64,000 nucleotides of DNA, taken from contig CM119269.1 of the NCBI GenBank assembly GCA_051294375.1, forward strand, positions 5,467,609 through 5,531,608. The letters are read 5' to 3'. Positions 18,501 through 31,372 of this stretch are shown piece after piece. The notes beneath the pieces were generated by a model. It was not told the origin of the DNA, did no database searches, and saw only the letters and a list, made by a program, of their open reading frames with translations. The position numbers and the translations under genes are program-made. The stretch's first letter is position 1; every line of letters begins with the position of its first letter. The stretch comes from Paraspadella gotoi. Taxonomy: Eukaryota; Animalia; Chaetognatha.

Positions 18501-21500
18501 GCGACCCTCGGCGCCGAACTTAAAGGAAGGATTGTGCTTGAGGCAAGCCGTGAGGAGAGAGATGGTTCCGTTGAGTCCGAGATCGTCATGCGCGCTCGGC
18601 GAGGCGAGGGAGAAAGTCTTGAGGGTGGGTACCATAGCGGTGGCGTCTTCACTCACGGGATCGTCGAGGTCGACGTCGTCACCCCCTCTCAAAGCCGCCT
18701 CGCTCCCTTCCTCCGCCTTTTCCCCCTTTATGCTTTTGGCGAGAGCGCGCGCGAGGCTGTCCACATCGACGACCTGCGCCGTTTCGTAGGCCTCCTTAGG
18801 CAGGTGGTCGATGAGGCGAGAAACGAGCCAGAAATAATCCTTGGAGCTCGGGCCGAAGGGATCTTTTCCGCCTGGACGGTCCTCGACCGGTTCCAACACG
18901 GAGGGCAATGTTATAGTCTGGGCAAAAGGGAGCGACCGTAGGAGGTCGCCGAGGAAGCGCGGGAGAAAGAGTTTCCCCGGGTTGGAGTTGACGGAAGCTG
19001 GGGACGAACCGGGCTCCGCCACGACGGTGCCCATGATCAACCGGTAAAGTCCAAAGCAGGCTTCTTTACGGATGTTGGGTTCCGGAGCGTCGACTAGGAT
19101 GGCCTTAAGCCAGGAGCGCAGACGCGGTCGCTCCATGAAGCGGAGATGAGCCTCTGGCACGGAAAAAGCGACCGCGACGAGTAGGGAGAGGGCGTGTCGC
19201 ACAACTTCCGCTTGACCCCAGAAGCCGACGCTGAGAACCGAGGGCGAGCGTAAGGACAGACAAGAGCAAGCGTCCATGAGAAGATCAATGATCTGGGAGC
19301 GAAATGAAACGAAATTAGCGTCTACTCGCGTAAATAATTACGTTCTTTTTATCTATGTTATCATTTTTCCTATCCCCTTCTTACCCTCGGAAGGTCAATG
19401 AGTGAAAAAAAAGAATGGTTTAGCCTTGGCACCATGAGACTTTCCGCGGCGTAACCTTTCCCTTTCTTAAGCTTTTTTGGTCTCAATCCTCCAAACCACC
19501 CTTCGTTGACGGGGGAAGAGTCGACGAATGGGAAGTCGCTTGCATCTGCTAATTCAAAGGAATTAAACAAAATGAATAAGTTAATCTGATTTGCGCATAT
19601 GTCTTATAAAAGAATTTCGGACAGTGATTACAATTTACAAACATACGTATTTGCTAACCCCTCACCTTTGTCGGGAGTCACGTTCCCTGGAGGAAGTCGG
19701 AAAGTGGCGAAATGAAAGAGCAGGCTAAGGAGGTAAGCGAGAGAGTCCTGCGTCCACTCGTTAGCGGTTTCCGCATGGTCGGGCAAAAGCTTACGCGAGT
19801 AAAGAATGTTGAGAAGATGTTCGAGCCCGCCGCTGCGAATGAATGACTGCGACCAGAGGCGATGGCAGTTGTCACCGACCACTGTAGACGAGACTCCCTC
19901 GATGGAGGAGGATCTAAATACATTAAATCGTTAAATTTCAATCCTTAAATTTATATATCAATGATTTAATTTAATGAGAAGAAACAAATTAGTCGTCTTA
20001 CCTCAGCGGCTTGGAAAGATATTCGATAATCTGCAGAGAGTACATGAGCTTGTGAGGATTTTCGGGCTGAAGCAAAGAGGAGAAGTCGACGCTCGTTCCG
20101 TCGGTCGTCGTCAAATTCTGAAAAGTCGCCAGCATTTTCGGCGAAGTCGGCAACATCATGAGGAGTTCCCAAACTTTGCGCGACATGAGCTGAACGCGAT
20201 GGTATTTGCTCAAGAAAATATCTTCTTTGTTGCAAGAGACCTGGGAAGAAAAACGATGCCGGATCGTGTTCGCAATGTTAAGGTTAAATCACACCATTCC
20301 ATTGCCAATTATCACACTAATACCTGAAGAGAGCAAAGTTGATGGAGTAAATGGAGAAGTTGATCGAAAAATGGTTCCTGCAACAACAACAGCATGGGCA
20401 ATTTGTCTATGGGAGGCGAAGGAAAGCACGAGGTCGGAACGCCACTGTTGTTGGTCGAACCGAGTAAAGAGAGGCCTGCTCTCAGATTTCGTTTTGCGCC
20501 TGCGAATAAGAAAATAAGGTAAGAATTGAAGCGGAATCAAGCTTCTACTTTATTTCTTTCTCACCTATGCGATTGGCCGGGTTGCAGATGCTCACGTAGA
20601 TCTTTTCCTGCACTTGACAAGAATCTTTGAAGCCGATTTCCCGTAGTGACTTCTCGTCGAGATCGTGACCTGAGAAAGAGGAAAATGGAATGCGTCGGGT
20701 TTGAAAGTAAAAATTGAGAGAAGAATTGGCGCGGAGCATTCACCGATTTCTTTCCCCTGAGCCAATAGTCTAAAGGGAGGAGCCTCGTCGAGGTGGAGAT
20801 GAATGGCCGCCCACCATTGCGCCACTTCTGCCCGCAACTCGGCCACCAAATCCGACGTCGCCATCTCCAGCGACTTTTTCTCGCTCCCGCCGGCCTGCTC
20901 CAGGGAGAAGCGGATCGTCGCCTTCTCTGACGAGGCGTTCGACGACAGCGAAACGGCTGAGAAAAAGAAAATACGAGAAGTATAAAGAAAATCGAAGGGA
21001 ACGATGTAAAGCAGAAGCTAAAAAGAAAAAAAAACGCAGGTGTTTGAAAAAAAAGAAGATTTTTTTATCAAAATGATAGATAACCTGTTGTTCCGTTTCC
21101 GATTAAGTACCCTTGGGGATAGGTTCCCGAGTGACTAGTTATACCGTTACCCTCCAAATGCCATTTGCGAAAATGAAAAGCGTAGCGTCTTCTGAAGGTT
21201 TCCAAGTGGGTCTAAAAAAAATTGATTTTAATTTAATCTAATTTTATTTAATTTAACAAACTATAAAACGGAAAAGAAAAAAAATTGCCGAAAATAAATT
21301 TTTTAAGGTTGATCGAGTGACGATTTGCTTTTGTTCTAAATCAGTTACCGAAAAAGAACTTACCTTCAGAAGCAGAAGACCTCGTTGAATGACTAGTAGG
21401 CTGGACTCTTGGTTCGAATCCAGCGAAGCCGACGCTTGGGTGAGGCTCTCCATGCATCGCGATACAAACTCGGATTCCCTCTCGAAATTTCCCAGGCTGA

Positions 21501-24500
21501 CTTTTAAGTAAAAGTCGTTGATGTACTGAATTGCCGTCATGGAAACCTTTTAGGGGGAAGGGGAAAATAAATCATTAAACTATATTTTATATACAACTGG
21601 CTTGTCAAAAAAAAAAAGAAAAAAATCTTCTTACTTCGGTGTCCAAAGCCTTAAGCGCGATCTCCCACAAAAACTCCATTCCGAACTGAGACTCGACTCG
21701 TTCTTCGTCTTCCTCCTCCTTTTCTCCGTTCCCCTTCGTCGCGTCGTCTTTCCCCGCAGTTTTCACTTCCGAGTGACTCTTTCGCGCCTGGAACAAATAT
21801 TTTTAAAAAATCACGATATTTGTACAATTTCTTACAAAATAATAGTGCATGACTTAAAATATAAGAGACGTTACCTGCCACAATCTGTGAGCTATGTGAT
21901 AAAGCTGTTGATACAGCTTGAGGCCAGTGATAGTCATTGAGGCGGGACTCAAGCTCGGAATTTTGTGGTAAAAGATGTGAGCGTAAGCTTCGGTAGTCAG
22001 GGCGTGCAAGTCCTTATCCGACACTTGGTGATGCAACCAGGCGAGCAGGTCGTTCGGACATTCTAATTCACCGGCCAAGCTCGTCCACAATTCGTCCACT
22101 TGATCTGAAAATTTTAGTTCAGTTTGACAATGATCGAAGTAAAAATATTCAATTATTAAAATTATCGAAAAGAAACCGCTCACCTAAAGAGAGATGAAAA
22201 TTTGACGGGGAACCGATAGACGAGAAGACGCAGTTGAGAAATTGTAACCTCACGTGAACGTGTTCCTGATGCGAGAAGACGGGCGAGCCCATCCGACGCC
22301 CGGCCCGCCTGGCCTCCGTGTAGGCGCGGAGATTGGCGAAAAAGTGGTGCATCATTCGCTTCTCGTTCACTGCCCACAGGACCAGGTGGTGCCCGTCAAC
22401 GAGTCCGCCGTGCGGCGAGCAGCAGGCGGGCGACCCCAGGACGGCGCCGGTGGCCGAAGCGGCGTTTTGTGCGACGCCGAAAAGCTTAGGCAAGAGGCGG
22501 AGAGCGACGACAGTTGACGAGTCGTTGGCGAGATTATCCACACACGCCTCGATAAATTTGATGCGGATGCGCTTCTCCGACGAGAAGCATATTATATTGC
22601 AGAGAGTGCGTTCGGCCTGAATTGCGAGTGCTTCGCCCAATTGGCCAACCTTGTCGTCCTGCAGTAAGTCCCAAAGGAGCGTCTTGCCCCGACGATAAAT
22701 CGTGTCCAGGCTAAATTCGGAGACTCCACCACCGCCGCCTCCCTCGCTAGCGCTCCGCTGATTCTCCAGCGTATGAAACGCGGTGTCGAGGTTGGGCATG
22801 CGGACGCCAAAAGGGTTGTTGTAGCGACAAGAGACGGAGGCGGGCTCGACGGAGTGACACTTGCCCAGGGCGGGTATGGGGCTCAACAGTGGACCCCGTC
22901 GAGAGCCAACCGACCCACGACCCGAACCGCCACCCGCGAACACATTGGAAAAACCCGCGGCCGAGGATGGGGGAGACGAAGGACGATAATGAATAGGTGA
23001 GGAGGTGGGCCCACCAGGCGAGGGACCAGCCTTTGGCGTGGCGTGCTTCTGACCCACGCTGACGGTGGTGATGCCCGCGGCAGCTGCGGCGGCGGCGTTC
23101 CTCGCCAGCGTCGCACCCATCGGCAGAGCGTTGCCTGGAAACCGGCCCGGCAAACGGCTGCCGAAATAACCGTGGGCGGCCATCTCGGCGCGGGCCGCTT
23201 GTAACTCGTCCTCGCTCATGTCCGCCTCATCGAGTTCGTCGCCGGCGATGACATCTTCGACGCCGGCGATTCTCTCCACCCCGTCTTCCTCGTCAAAGTC
23301 GGCCATATTCTTCTCACTCTTCGTGCTACCGTGGGAACTGCCGCAGGAAGCGTCATCGGTGCTCAGAGCCGCCGCGTCGTCGTCGTCCGCGTGATGGCGC
23401 GGCACGACGGTGGGGCGCGGCGGAAGTGCGTGGACATTAAACTGCTGGAGCCTCGATGCTGCGACGGACGCGGCTAGTGTCGCATCGGCGGAAGTCGCCG
23501 TCGTCGTCGTCGTGGACGAGACACAACCGTCCCGGCTCGAGGGCGGGCAGCAGGAGCACGGAGAGGACGGGGATTCGACGAGGGTCGTGCGAGCGACGGA
23601 CTTAACGACGGGCAGGGCGTCCGGACTAAGGGTCATCGAGGATCCGGAAGAAGTCTCGGCGATCCTATCCTCCGTCTTTTTCTTCTTCGTCCCCAATTGT
23701 TCGCCGTCGGTCGGGCCCCCAGCAACCCGCTTCCGCTTTCCAGAGTCCGTCGTCGTGCCTTCGAGTTCCGCCGACTCTAGCGGCAAGAATTGAGATTTAT
23801 TCGAGCCGGCCGAACGATCCTCGGCAGGTGCATCGGTGGCTGACTCTTGAATGCCCGGACCTTTTTCTTTTGACTCGCACCCAGCGGCGCCATCTTCGTT
23901 AGCAATCTTGACATTGTTTCTGGCTTCTTCGCCGCGGACAGCCTGCCCAGCCGATTCCTTAGTCTCCGGCTCCTTCAAGTCCATCGTTTTCGCCATCAGC
24001 ATATTGAGCATCTTTCTTTTCATGTCTCTTCTTAATCGTTCCTCTTTTTTGACAAGTAGAAGAGACTCCAGATGCTCCTCGTCCAAATCTTCACCGTGCT
24101 CCTCGTCTAAAGCCTCGTAGATGGCGTCGTCATCGTCTTCGTCGTCGTCCGCCATCTGACTCTCGACCTGCGCGCGCAAAGCCGTTTCCTAATAGGACAG
24201 AGAAATATTATAATAATAATCTAATACTTAAGGGAGTGGTCTTTTCATACAATTGAAACATTTTTTTAAATATTTTCCACTTCATTGATAGGGAAGCCAG
24301 GTACTCTGGGAGTGAATAAACGAGACTGTGAGAGAGTCTTGATTGAAAGCTTGCAGGGACCTGCTATGTCATTATCTTGTAAGAGTGATGGAGGCCTTAA
24401 ACCACCAAAGCCTGACCAAAGTCAAGGCAAGATAGCTTATTTATTAAATGAATGGATAATTTTTATATTGGTTGTACCAATTTCATAATATATTATATTT

Positions 24501-27500
24501 ACTATAAGTATAGTTGTATACAAACGATATCAATAAATGGCTAAAAATCTTAGTACGGTAAAATTTTATCTTAAAATGATTTAGTCAGGTATGTGTCTTG
24601 TTCGACCCGCGAATTTCATGTATCTCATGTATTTTGTTTGCTGCATCCCCGTATTTCACCGTGCAACAAATAAAAAAAAACCAAAACTACAGAACAAGCA
24701 TACAAATTTACTTGTTCTCCGCTTAGTCCGAGCGCATCCTTGAGCGTGTTGTAATTGTATTCGGAGCCGACGTCGTCGCTTCCGGTCGAGTCGAGTTCTC
24801 CGCCATGAAGGCGCATCATGAGCTCCAACTCCTCCTCGTCCAACTCCTCCTCTTCGTCATCCTCTTCCTCTTCATCGTCGTCCTCGGCATCGTCATCGTC
24901 CTCTTCCTCCAAAAACTCGTCTGAGTCGGACTCTAGCTGATCGATAAGTCTCGTGGGAATTTTGTCGACGGATCCGAATCGAAGGAGCAGCTCCTTCTTC
25001 CGCTCATTAAGCGCCCTCTTCCGCGCCTCGGCCGAGAGGGCGCGGCGCTGCGCCTCGAATGATTCGCCACGGCGAGGCGCCTTGCGACCGTGGATGGCGA
25101 CGCGGCGGACGGACCCGCCCGGTGATAGAGTTGTGACAACTTTGATCTCTCCGAGGGAAGAATCCGTCTCTTCGAGTCGACGAGTTTCGTCCTAAATTGA
25201 TCAAAAATTTCGTTTAAAGACAAAAATTCAATATATTTTACATATTAATGATTAAATCATTAATTCTCTGATTTATGCCTGAAATCGTAGATTAGTAGTT
25301 AAAGTAATTATATTTCTTCTTTATTAAATTTCACAATTTATATTATAGGTATTGTGTAAATATTTATGCCATGGTGATTGGAGAGGTTATTTGCTTAAAA
25401 TGATTTCCATATACAAAAATAAGAAACTGCAAGTACTAATATAAACTTTAACAGCCTTCACACTTAATTTCAACAGCCTGTCATTTCAACAGCCAGTCCA
25501 TCCCCTGGAAGAACTCACATCGCCCGATGAGGCGCCCTCAAAATTCCTCTTTGTCTTGACGCGTTCTTTTTTTCGTAGAAACTGACGCGCTCTCTCCGAT
25601 GCCTTCCTCGCCTTATTCCTGACAAAGGCCGAAGTTCGCGGCGAGAGTTCTATCTTCTTTGGCGGCGGCGGCGTCCGAGCGGACGACGCCGTTCGATTGG
25701 CGCCCCTACTGGCGCCAGAGGGGGAGGCGGCGACGCGTTTAGCGCCAAAGACGCGCGCCGTCATTTGCGGCGGGCATTTGATGAACTCGCTGTGGCGTCG
25801 CGAAGTCGCCTCCAAGGTTTCCGGATCTACGGAGGAATCGTCGCTCCCGTCCTCTTCCTCCTCCGTGGTGATTATCATGTCGTCGTCCTCATCATCTTCG
25901 TCATCATCTTCATCTTCATCATCTTCGTCCTCATCATCGGTAACTTGACGATGCAGTTGATGGTGGTGATGATGATTGCCTCTTATAGCGGACCTTCCTC
26001 GCACAACGGCGCCCTTGACGTTGGCGCCGCGACGCACCCGCCCGCTGAGATGTCCCCTCAAGCTGCCTCGAGCCGACGACTGCATTTGGGAGAGGACGGT
26101 GGGGCGGACAACGAGCGGTCGATTCTCCTCGTCATCGTCTCGGGTTTCTTCCTCGACACGATCGGCGGCGCGATTTTTGGTGCTCGTCTTTGATTCCACC
26201 AGCGGCGATGGTCGACGGGGTCCGATAAAAAGGGCGCCTGGCTTTGATCCCTCGTGGTGCTTTGACTCCTCGCTCCGACTATCGGCGAAGCGATTCTCCG
26301 TCTCCTCGTCCGATGAGCGTTCACCGCTCGCTGCGTCCTCGAGCGTCTTTTGTTTGGTGCCCATCAGGGGCGCTGTCCTGGTCCAAGATGGTGCGATACC
26401 GGAAGTGGCTCCCAGACCCATTATGGCCGGCAAATGGAGAGTGTGAGTGTCCCAGACAGACTTAATTAAATGAGAAGCCAGAAAAAGTGTCTGCTCCGTG
26501 TGAAGGCTCGGCTCCAGGGACGAGAGGATGGAGATAAAATGATAAACCGAGGACATTTCCAGATGCTTGCAAAGCGGAATCAAGATGTCATAAACTTGCT
26601 TGGTGCAGTGCTTGATTTGAGCGGCCGACCACATGCAATCAACGTGATCCTTGGTTATTCTTCCCTCGACGGCCAAAAAGACGAGAACGGTCTGACTTTG
26701 CTTTATCAACTCCACGTGGAGATTTGGGCCAAAAACGTGCTCGACCAGGCGATTGGCGACAAGCCAGTCAGCCAGGCGCGATGATGCGCAACCGCGACCA
26801 GAGTTGCCACCTGGGCCGCCGCCTTCCCCGCCGCCACGGTCGAAATGGGCGGCGGCGTGGAATTCGTGCTGGTTGCAGCAAAGGTCGTTGACGGAGGTGA
26901 TATAGGCGTTGATCTGCGCCAGGCCGCCGATGCGCAGTGTCAACGTGGAGCTAGTAAAATATTTAAGCGCCAGCTCGAGTCCCTCGGGATCGAAAGATTC
27001 CACGAAAACTCCGACGGCAGCGACGCCTCGATGCAGCTCCGGAGCCTCCTTGACGGTGTGCCAGACAAGGTCGGTCATGGCGCGGTTTCCGGCGACACGA
27101 AGTTCGTCGTCCGAGAGGCGACACATGTACCTTATGATAGGCACGCGCAGTGGCGCGATCACTGTCTGAGCTGTCGAGTAGTTGACGAGATTCTTAACAA
27201 AAGTCACTATCTGAACGAGAATGTGGGCGAAGGGGACGGGAAGGCGGGAGCCGGAAGCCTTAGTAGATGGTTCCGACGCAGACGAGGACGGTTCGAGCTT
27301 TCGCGCCTCGGTAGGCTCGACGAGGGCGTCCTGGAAGCACCGAAGGATGGCCTGCGGTCCCCGGGAGTCGATCCAAAAGCAAACATTGCGCATGAGAAAG
27401 ACTGGGAGGTCAGGGTCCGACAGCTCGCAATATGCACCCAGGGCCGCCGCCTCTTGCTGGGAAAGATCCTCCAGAGTGGAACAGTGCGAGACTCGTTTGT

Positions 27501-27906
27501 AGGCCAGGTAGAGAGGGAACCCCTGTTGGAAGATCTTGGCGACGAACTGCAGCAAGCGATGTCGCTCTTCCAGGGGCCACGCGTTTCTCTCGTCGTCTTC
27601 GCTCTCGTGTCTGCCGTCGTCGTCGTCGCCATCCTCGGCATCCTTCACCGCTTTGACGTCGTCGACGAGGGTTTCGAGAAACTCGATGGCTTTGGCGAGG
27701 ATCCGCTGCACGAGGGAGTTGTATTTCTCGAAATTTGAGGCGGCATTGAAGCAGCAGGTGCAGTAACGCGACGGCCAGGCTGACACCTGTTTGTCCACGG
27801 CGTTGAACTCAATCGGCGTCAAACGCCGAGTCTGAGTGGCGCCGGAAACGCCGAAGCCGGAGTTGAGGACCAACGCCAAATCGGCACAGGCGTCGCAAGC
27901 CGCCAT
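5895..27906 (-). CDS. USP34: Ubiquitin carboxyl-terminal hydrolase 34 (USP34), about 22 exons
   Basis: Cys box GLTNLGATCYMASCMQHL, His box GVTVHTGTADGGHYYSF, PLNTGEQKDMTEFF, DTLEGDNMYTC, KTNSAYMLFYER. N-terminal HVFGPNLHVELIKQ, SEKNMADFD, GKTLLWDLLQDD and DLVAELRAEV are typical of USP34. GT-AG exon chain traced by eye. Confidence 0.93.
10530..12794. mobile_element. Non-autonomous foldback/TIR DNA element (about 2.3 kb) in a USP34 intron
   Basis: Left arm about 10530-11050 is the imperfect reverse complement of right arm about 12260-12794, e.g. TTAGACACATTTGAATCCGACAA / TTGTCGGATTCAAATGTGTCTAA and TTTTTCGCCCGAGCCAGGGGTGTTAAAGAG / CTCTTTAACACCCCTGGCTCGGGCGAAAAA. No transposase ORF inside. Confidence 0.85.
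14937..15004 (+). ncRNA. Putative twister ribozyme, permuted type P5 variant (repeat family A, copy 1)
   Basis: P5 GCTGTCATGTT/AGCAAGATAGC; P2' GAGT; GA; TGGA; GGCCT; T^AA; P2 ACC; AC; C-AAA-G; P4 CCTG/CAGG with loop TCCA-AA-GT. TGGA pairs with TCCA and AC pairs with GT, giving both pseudoknots. Confidence 0.72.
14950..15046 (+). repeat. Dispersed repeat family A (twister motif plus AT-rich tail ending TATATTGGTTGTAC); second copy at 24383-24477, tail fragment inverted at about 58590-58612
   Basis: About 95 nt of near-identical sequence in two different USP34 introns. Confidence 0.88.
15558..15604 (+). ncRNA. Minimal type I hammerhead ribozyme (Penelope-like pLTR type)
   Basis: ATGCA-CTGATGA-A-GAAC-(11 nt loop)-GTTC-GAAA-CATG-TC^-TGCAT. 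Stem I 5 bp, stem II 4 bp, palindromic stem III, GUC triplet, AATAAA shortly downstream. Confidence 0.85.
24372..24435 (+). ncRNA. Putative twister ribozyme, permuted type P5 variant (repeat family A, copy 2; two destabilising substitutions)
   Basis: P5 TTATCTTGT/GCAAGATAG; AA; GAGT; GA; TGGA; GGCCT; T^AA; ACC; AC; CAAAG; P4 CCTG/CAAG with loop ACCA-AA-GT. Confidence 0.68.
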
Positions 27907-28259
27907 TGCACCTTTCAAAATCTCGTTACTAGTTATAGTTTAATTATAGTTAGTTTAGAAAACGACACCGCAAAACCATTAACGGTATTGACTGAGCGGC
28001 GCAAAACCCGCTCATTCCCGCTATTCCTGTAGTAGCTGTAAAAAAATATATAAATAATCAATAACAACGAAGCCCGCATTTTTAAAATTATTTTATGTTA
28101 AAATTATTTTTGAATTTAAAATGATCAAAAACTTTTTTTCGGAAACTCCAATCCGAAAATGAAAGTAAATTTAACCCTAATGAAACCAAAAATGCGAGCG
28201 CTATGAAAAACAATGTTAAAATCATAACAGACTAACAGACGAAAAACCCCGCTCATCAA

Positions 28260-30624
28260 TTAAACAAATTCTCTCGGCGGGGGACGCAAGGGGATTTTCA
28301 TAAGGTCGGTAAATTCATCGGCGGCAAATTGTTCTTTTTCCGCTGGCGTCAGTTCGGCGATGTCGGTGTAGGTCGTCGTCTGCGGAAGAAAGGCATCGAA
28401 GCCGTCGAGAATTGGAAAGGGGTTTGGCGTTTTCGAAACCAAAACGGCTGCTGCAGGGAGAACCTTGAAAATACAAAACCTCAAGATTTAGGAAATTAAT
28501 TGTAAGGATAAGTTTAAAATTACATTTTAGTTAACTTTGGACGTTTAAATTTATTAAATTTTTATTTGTTCCGTCCACAATGTACTACTTTAGGTTTAGA
28601 CGAAATAATATTTTCATTCGGTCCACTAATTGATGGGTATATTTGGATATTTCTTCACTCACTGAAGTAGTTGTAACGGAACTCCCTCCCCCCACGGCGG
28701 AGGAGACCGCGAAAGGCGTCGTCGTCGCCCCTGTCGTCGCGGTTTGAAACACCAAGGAACCAAATGTGGCGTTCGTCTGGGTGGCACCGAGAGATTGCGG
28801 CGCCGGCGCGCCAAAAGCGTTGCCGAACGCTGTCTGCGTCGTAGTGGAGGCGCCAAAAAGATTGGGAGTAGCGCCGGATTGTAACGTGGGTTGAGCGGTG
28901 GGCGCCGCTCCAAAAACATTGGCGGTAATAGGTTTGGCCGGAGATCCGAACAAATTAGGAGTGGCGGAATTTGCTGCGCCAAAAATACTAGAAGATCCGG
29001 GGGTGCCAAAAGTGCTGGGCGTGGCCGAACTAATCGTCGTCGAGACCATAGGAGAGCCGAAAACATTGGACGAGTGATTAGCGGCGGCGCTTCCGAAGAC
29101 GTGGGAAGACTTAGAAGTTGCGGCGCCAAAAACCTAGGAAAACGAAATTTCACGTAAGTAAAAGTTTCGGGATAATTCTCTTTAACCATCCAAATGTCTT
29201 ACTCCGCTCCCGAAGACCGGCGCGGCCCCGAAGGAGGACTGGGTGCCGGTTCCATAAGACGCCGGGGGCTGCGATCGCGACGCAGTACCAAACAAGCTGG
29301 GGACGCTGGCAGTAGTAGTAGCTGAGCCGAAGAGGCTCGTCGTTCCTAACGAAGAGCCGGATGCGACTGGGCCACCGAACAAATTAGTTCCGGGGGTCGC
29401 TGCGGCACCAAAAACAGTCGTCGATCCTATCGTAGATGCCGTTGTTGCGCCTAACATAGTCGCCGGCCTAAGGGTCGCTCCAAACGGGTTCGAGGCTGAC
29501 GTCGTGCTGACGGCGAAGACCTAGACAAAGGAGAGGGAGTGGGAAGATTATGACCGTGAATTCTCTCTCTGTTTACCTTTAGGGCTGATTAATACCTAAG
29601 GTCACAATTATGTTTCCTTTATAGCCAAAATATGTATTCGTTTCAGTGTCTAAAAATAATAATAATAATGAAATATAAATCGGTCACTTCAAGGGTAAAA
29701 AGATCTGCAAATGCTACGTAGTACGACTTAATTGTTAATATAGTTAGGAGTCAATCAATATATTACGTTCTTAGTAGTTGCGGCCGCCTGCCCTTGCGCC
29801 TGCGCTCCCAACCGATGAAGAACTTCCGTCTGGATAGACCTCACGCGTTCCAACAGCTGCTGCTTTAACTGTGGATTCGAGTGTCGCAGCGTCTGCAACT
29901 TCGCGCGGACCTCAGTCACTTTGTTCTTCCAGAAAACTTCGTAGTTCGCAATTGACCCTCGCGCTTTTTCTTCGTAAGCTTTCAAGCGCATCTCCTCCGG
30001 AGAAAAGTCATCGAAACTAAACGAAATGTGGTGGAGGATAAAGAAATTGAAACTAACAAAAAAGAATAAATAAAATTCATTGCCATTGAAAATATGTCTA
30101 ATTTTGAAAAGAAAATTTTTTTTGTCTTTTGCACTGTATCTCCATTCTCCATTATGAAGATAATAAACTTTCCTAATTTCATTGTAATCTTGCTAAGTTT
30201 CTTCCCGACTGTTAAAACAATATACCAGTTATTTTTTTAAATTAAATATTTTTTTTATGATTAAAGAAGTAAAAAAAAATAACTATGTATAATGTAGATG
30301 AAAAAAAAGATGAACAAACCCGGGCAAGCAGGGGACGTCTTTAGCGAATCCGAAACAAGAAAAGAGCCACATTCCAGACTTTTCCCAAATTTCCATCTCC
30401 TTAATGATTTCGTCGACGATGGAAGGCGCGTTGCCGTGATTGAGAAAAGGATTGTGGGCCAAGGCGAGCGCCTCCTTGGAGCCTCCCTCGTGTCCGGCCA
30501 AGGAGTTGAAGCGGTTCGTCGAATCGAAAGGAGTGGAGGGTTGAACGCCGGGCCGCGTGTGCTCGTTCCAGCATGAGTTGCCGTAGCGGCAATGTCCTTG
30601 CGCGAAAAACTTGCAGACAGTCAT
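28260..30624 (-). CDS. NUP42: Nucleoporin NUP42 (NUPL2/hCG1), 5 exons
   Basis: N-terminal CCCH finger MTVCKFFAQGHCRYGNSCWNEH, WLFSCFG, FSPEEMRL, FG-repeat exons, C-terminal GLE1-binding-like LTPAEKEQFAADEFTDLMKIPLRPPPREFV. Confidence 0.9.
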
Positions 30625-30807
30625 GGTGGGGACTTTTTTATATCGTTTCAACAGTCATGATTGAGTATCACGTTTCATCTTTAACTTTACTGCTCAAGAC
30701 AATGATTACTTTTAAAGAAATTAAATTTAACCTTTTTTTTTAACGAAACAAAAAGACAGTGCGCGAAAATTAAAAAAAATAAATCTTGAAATCCATTTTG
30801 AACGAGT

Positions 30808-31164
30808 TTACTTGAGTTCCTTCACCGCCAAGCCTAAAAAAATAATAAATAAAAAAATATTTATAACTCGGGCTTTAAACTTAATGGGAACTTTTCTCAT
30901 AAAAATATTAAAAAACCTGGAGGAAGAGACTGCTTCAGCTTCTCCGCCTTTTCGCGATCCTGGACAACTAGGGTGTAGAGATAGCGACTGCATCTCACCT
31001 TTAGAAAAAAAAATAATATCAGATTCAAATGATTTTTTTTTTACCTCAGTCAGACTTACCTTGAACTTAGTGTTAGACCGGTTCTTCTTGATCTTGACGG
31101 ACTTCGCGTCCTTTCTTCTCGCCGTCAACAGAAAGTCCTTAATTTCCTGAATTTGCTTCGGCAT
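30808..31164 (-). CDS. RPL38: 60S ribosomal protein L38 (eL38), 3 exons
   Basis: [28 protein letters not shown]...TKFK|[28 protein letters not shown]|LAVKELK. Exons 31164-31060, 30998-30917, 30833-30808. Confidence 0.97.
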   Translation of the reverse strand: MPKQIQEIKDFLLTARRKDAKSVKIKKNRSNTKFKVSLTEVKKKSFESDIIFFSKGEMQSLSLHPSCPGSRKGGEAEAVSSSRFFNIFMRKVPIKFKARVINIFLFIIFLGLAVKELK

Positions 31165-31372
31165 CTTCGGCACTGGGAAAATTACTTTCGCTTTTTTCAA
31201 AAGAAAATCTGGGAGACAAGAGACGTTAAATTGGAATTAAAAGTTAAATAAATTTGATTTCGGTCTGGTTTTTAAAACATAATAGAAGAATACAGTTATT
31301 AAAAAAGGGGGCCTGATTAGTTCTAAAAGAAGAAAAAAAAATGAGAATAAAATCCCAATAAAATATCTCCAA

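Noticed and set aside
28002-28257. Repeated CCCGCTCAT motif between NUP42 and USP34
   Set aside because: Only two short copies; cannot distinguish a promoter motif from chance.
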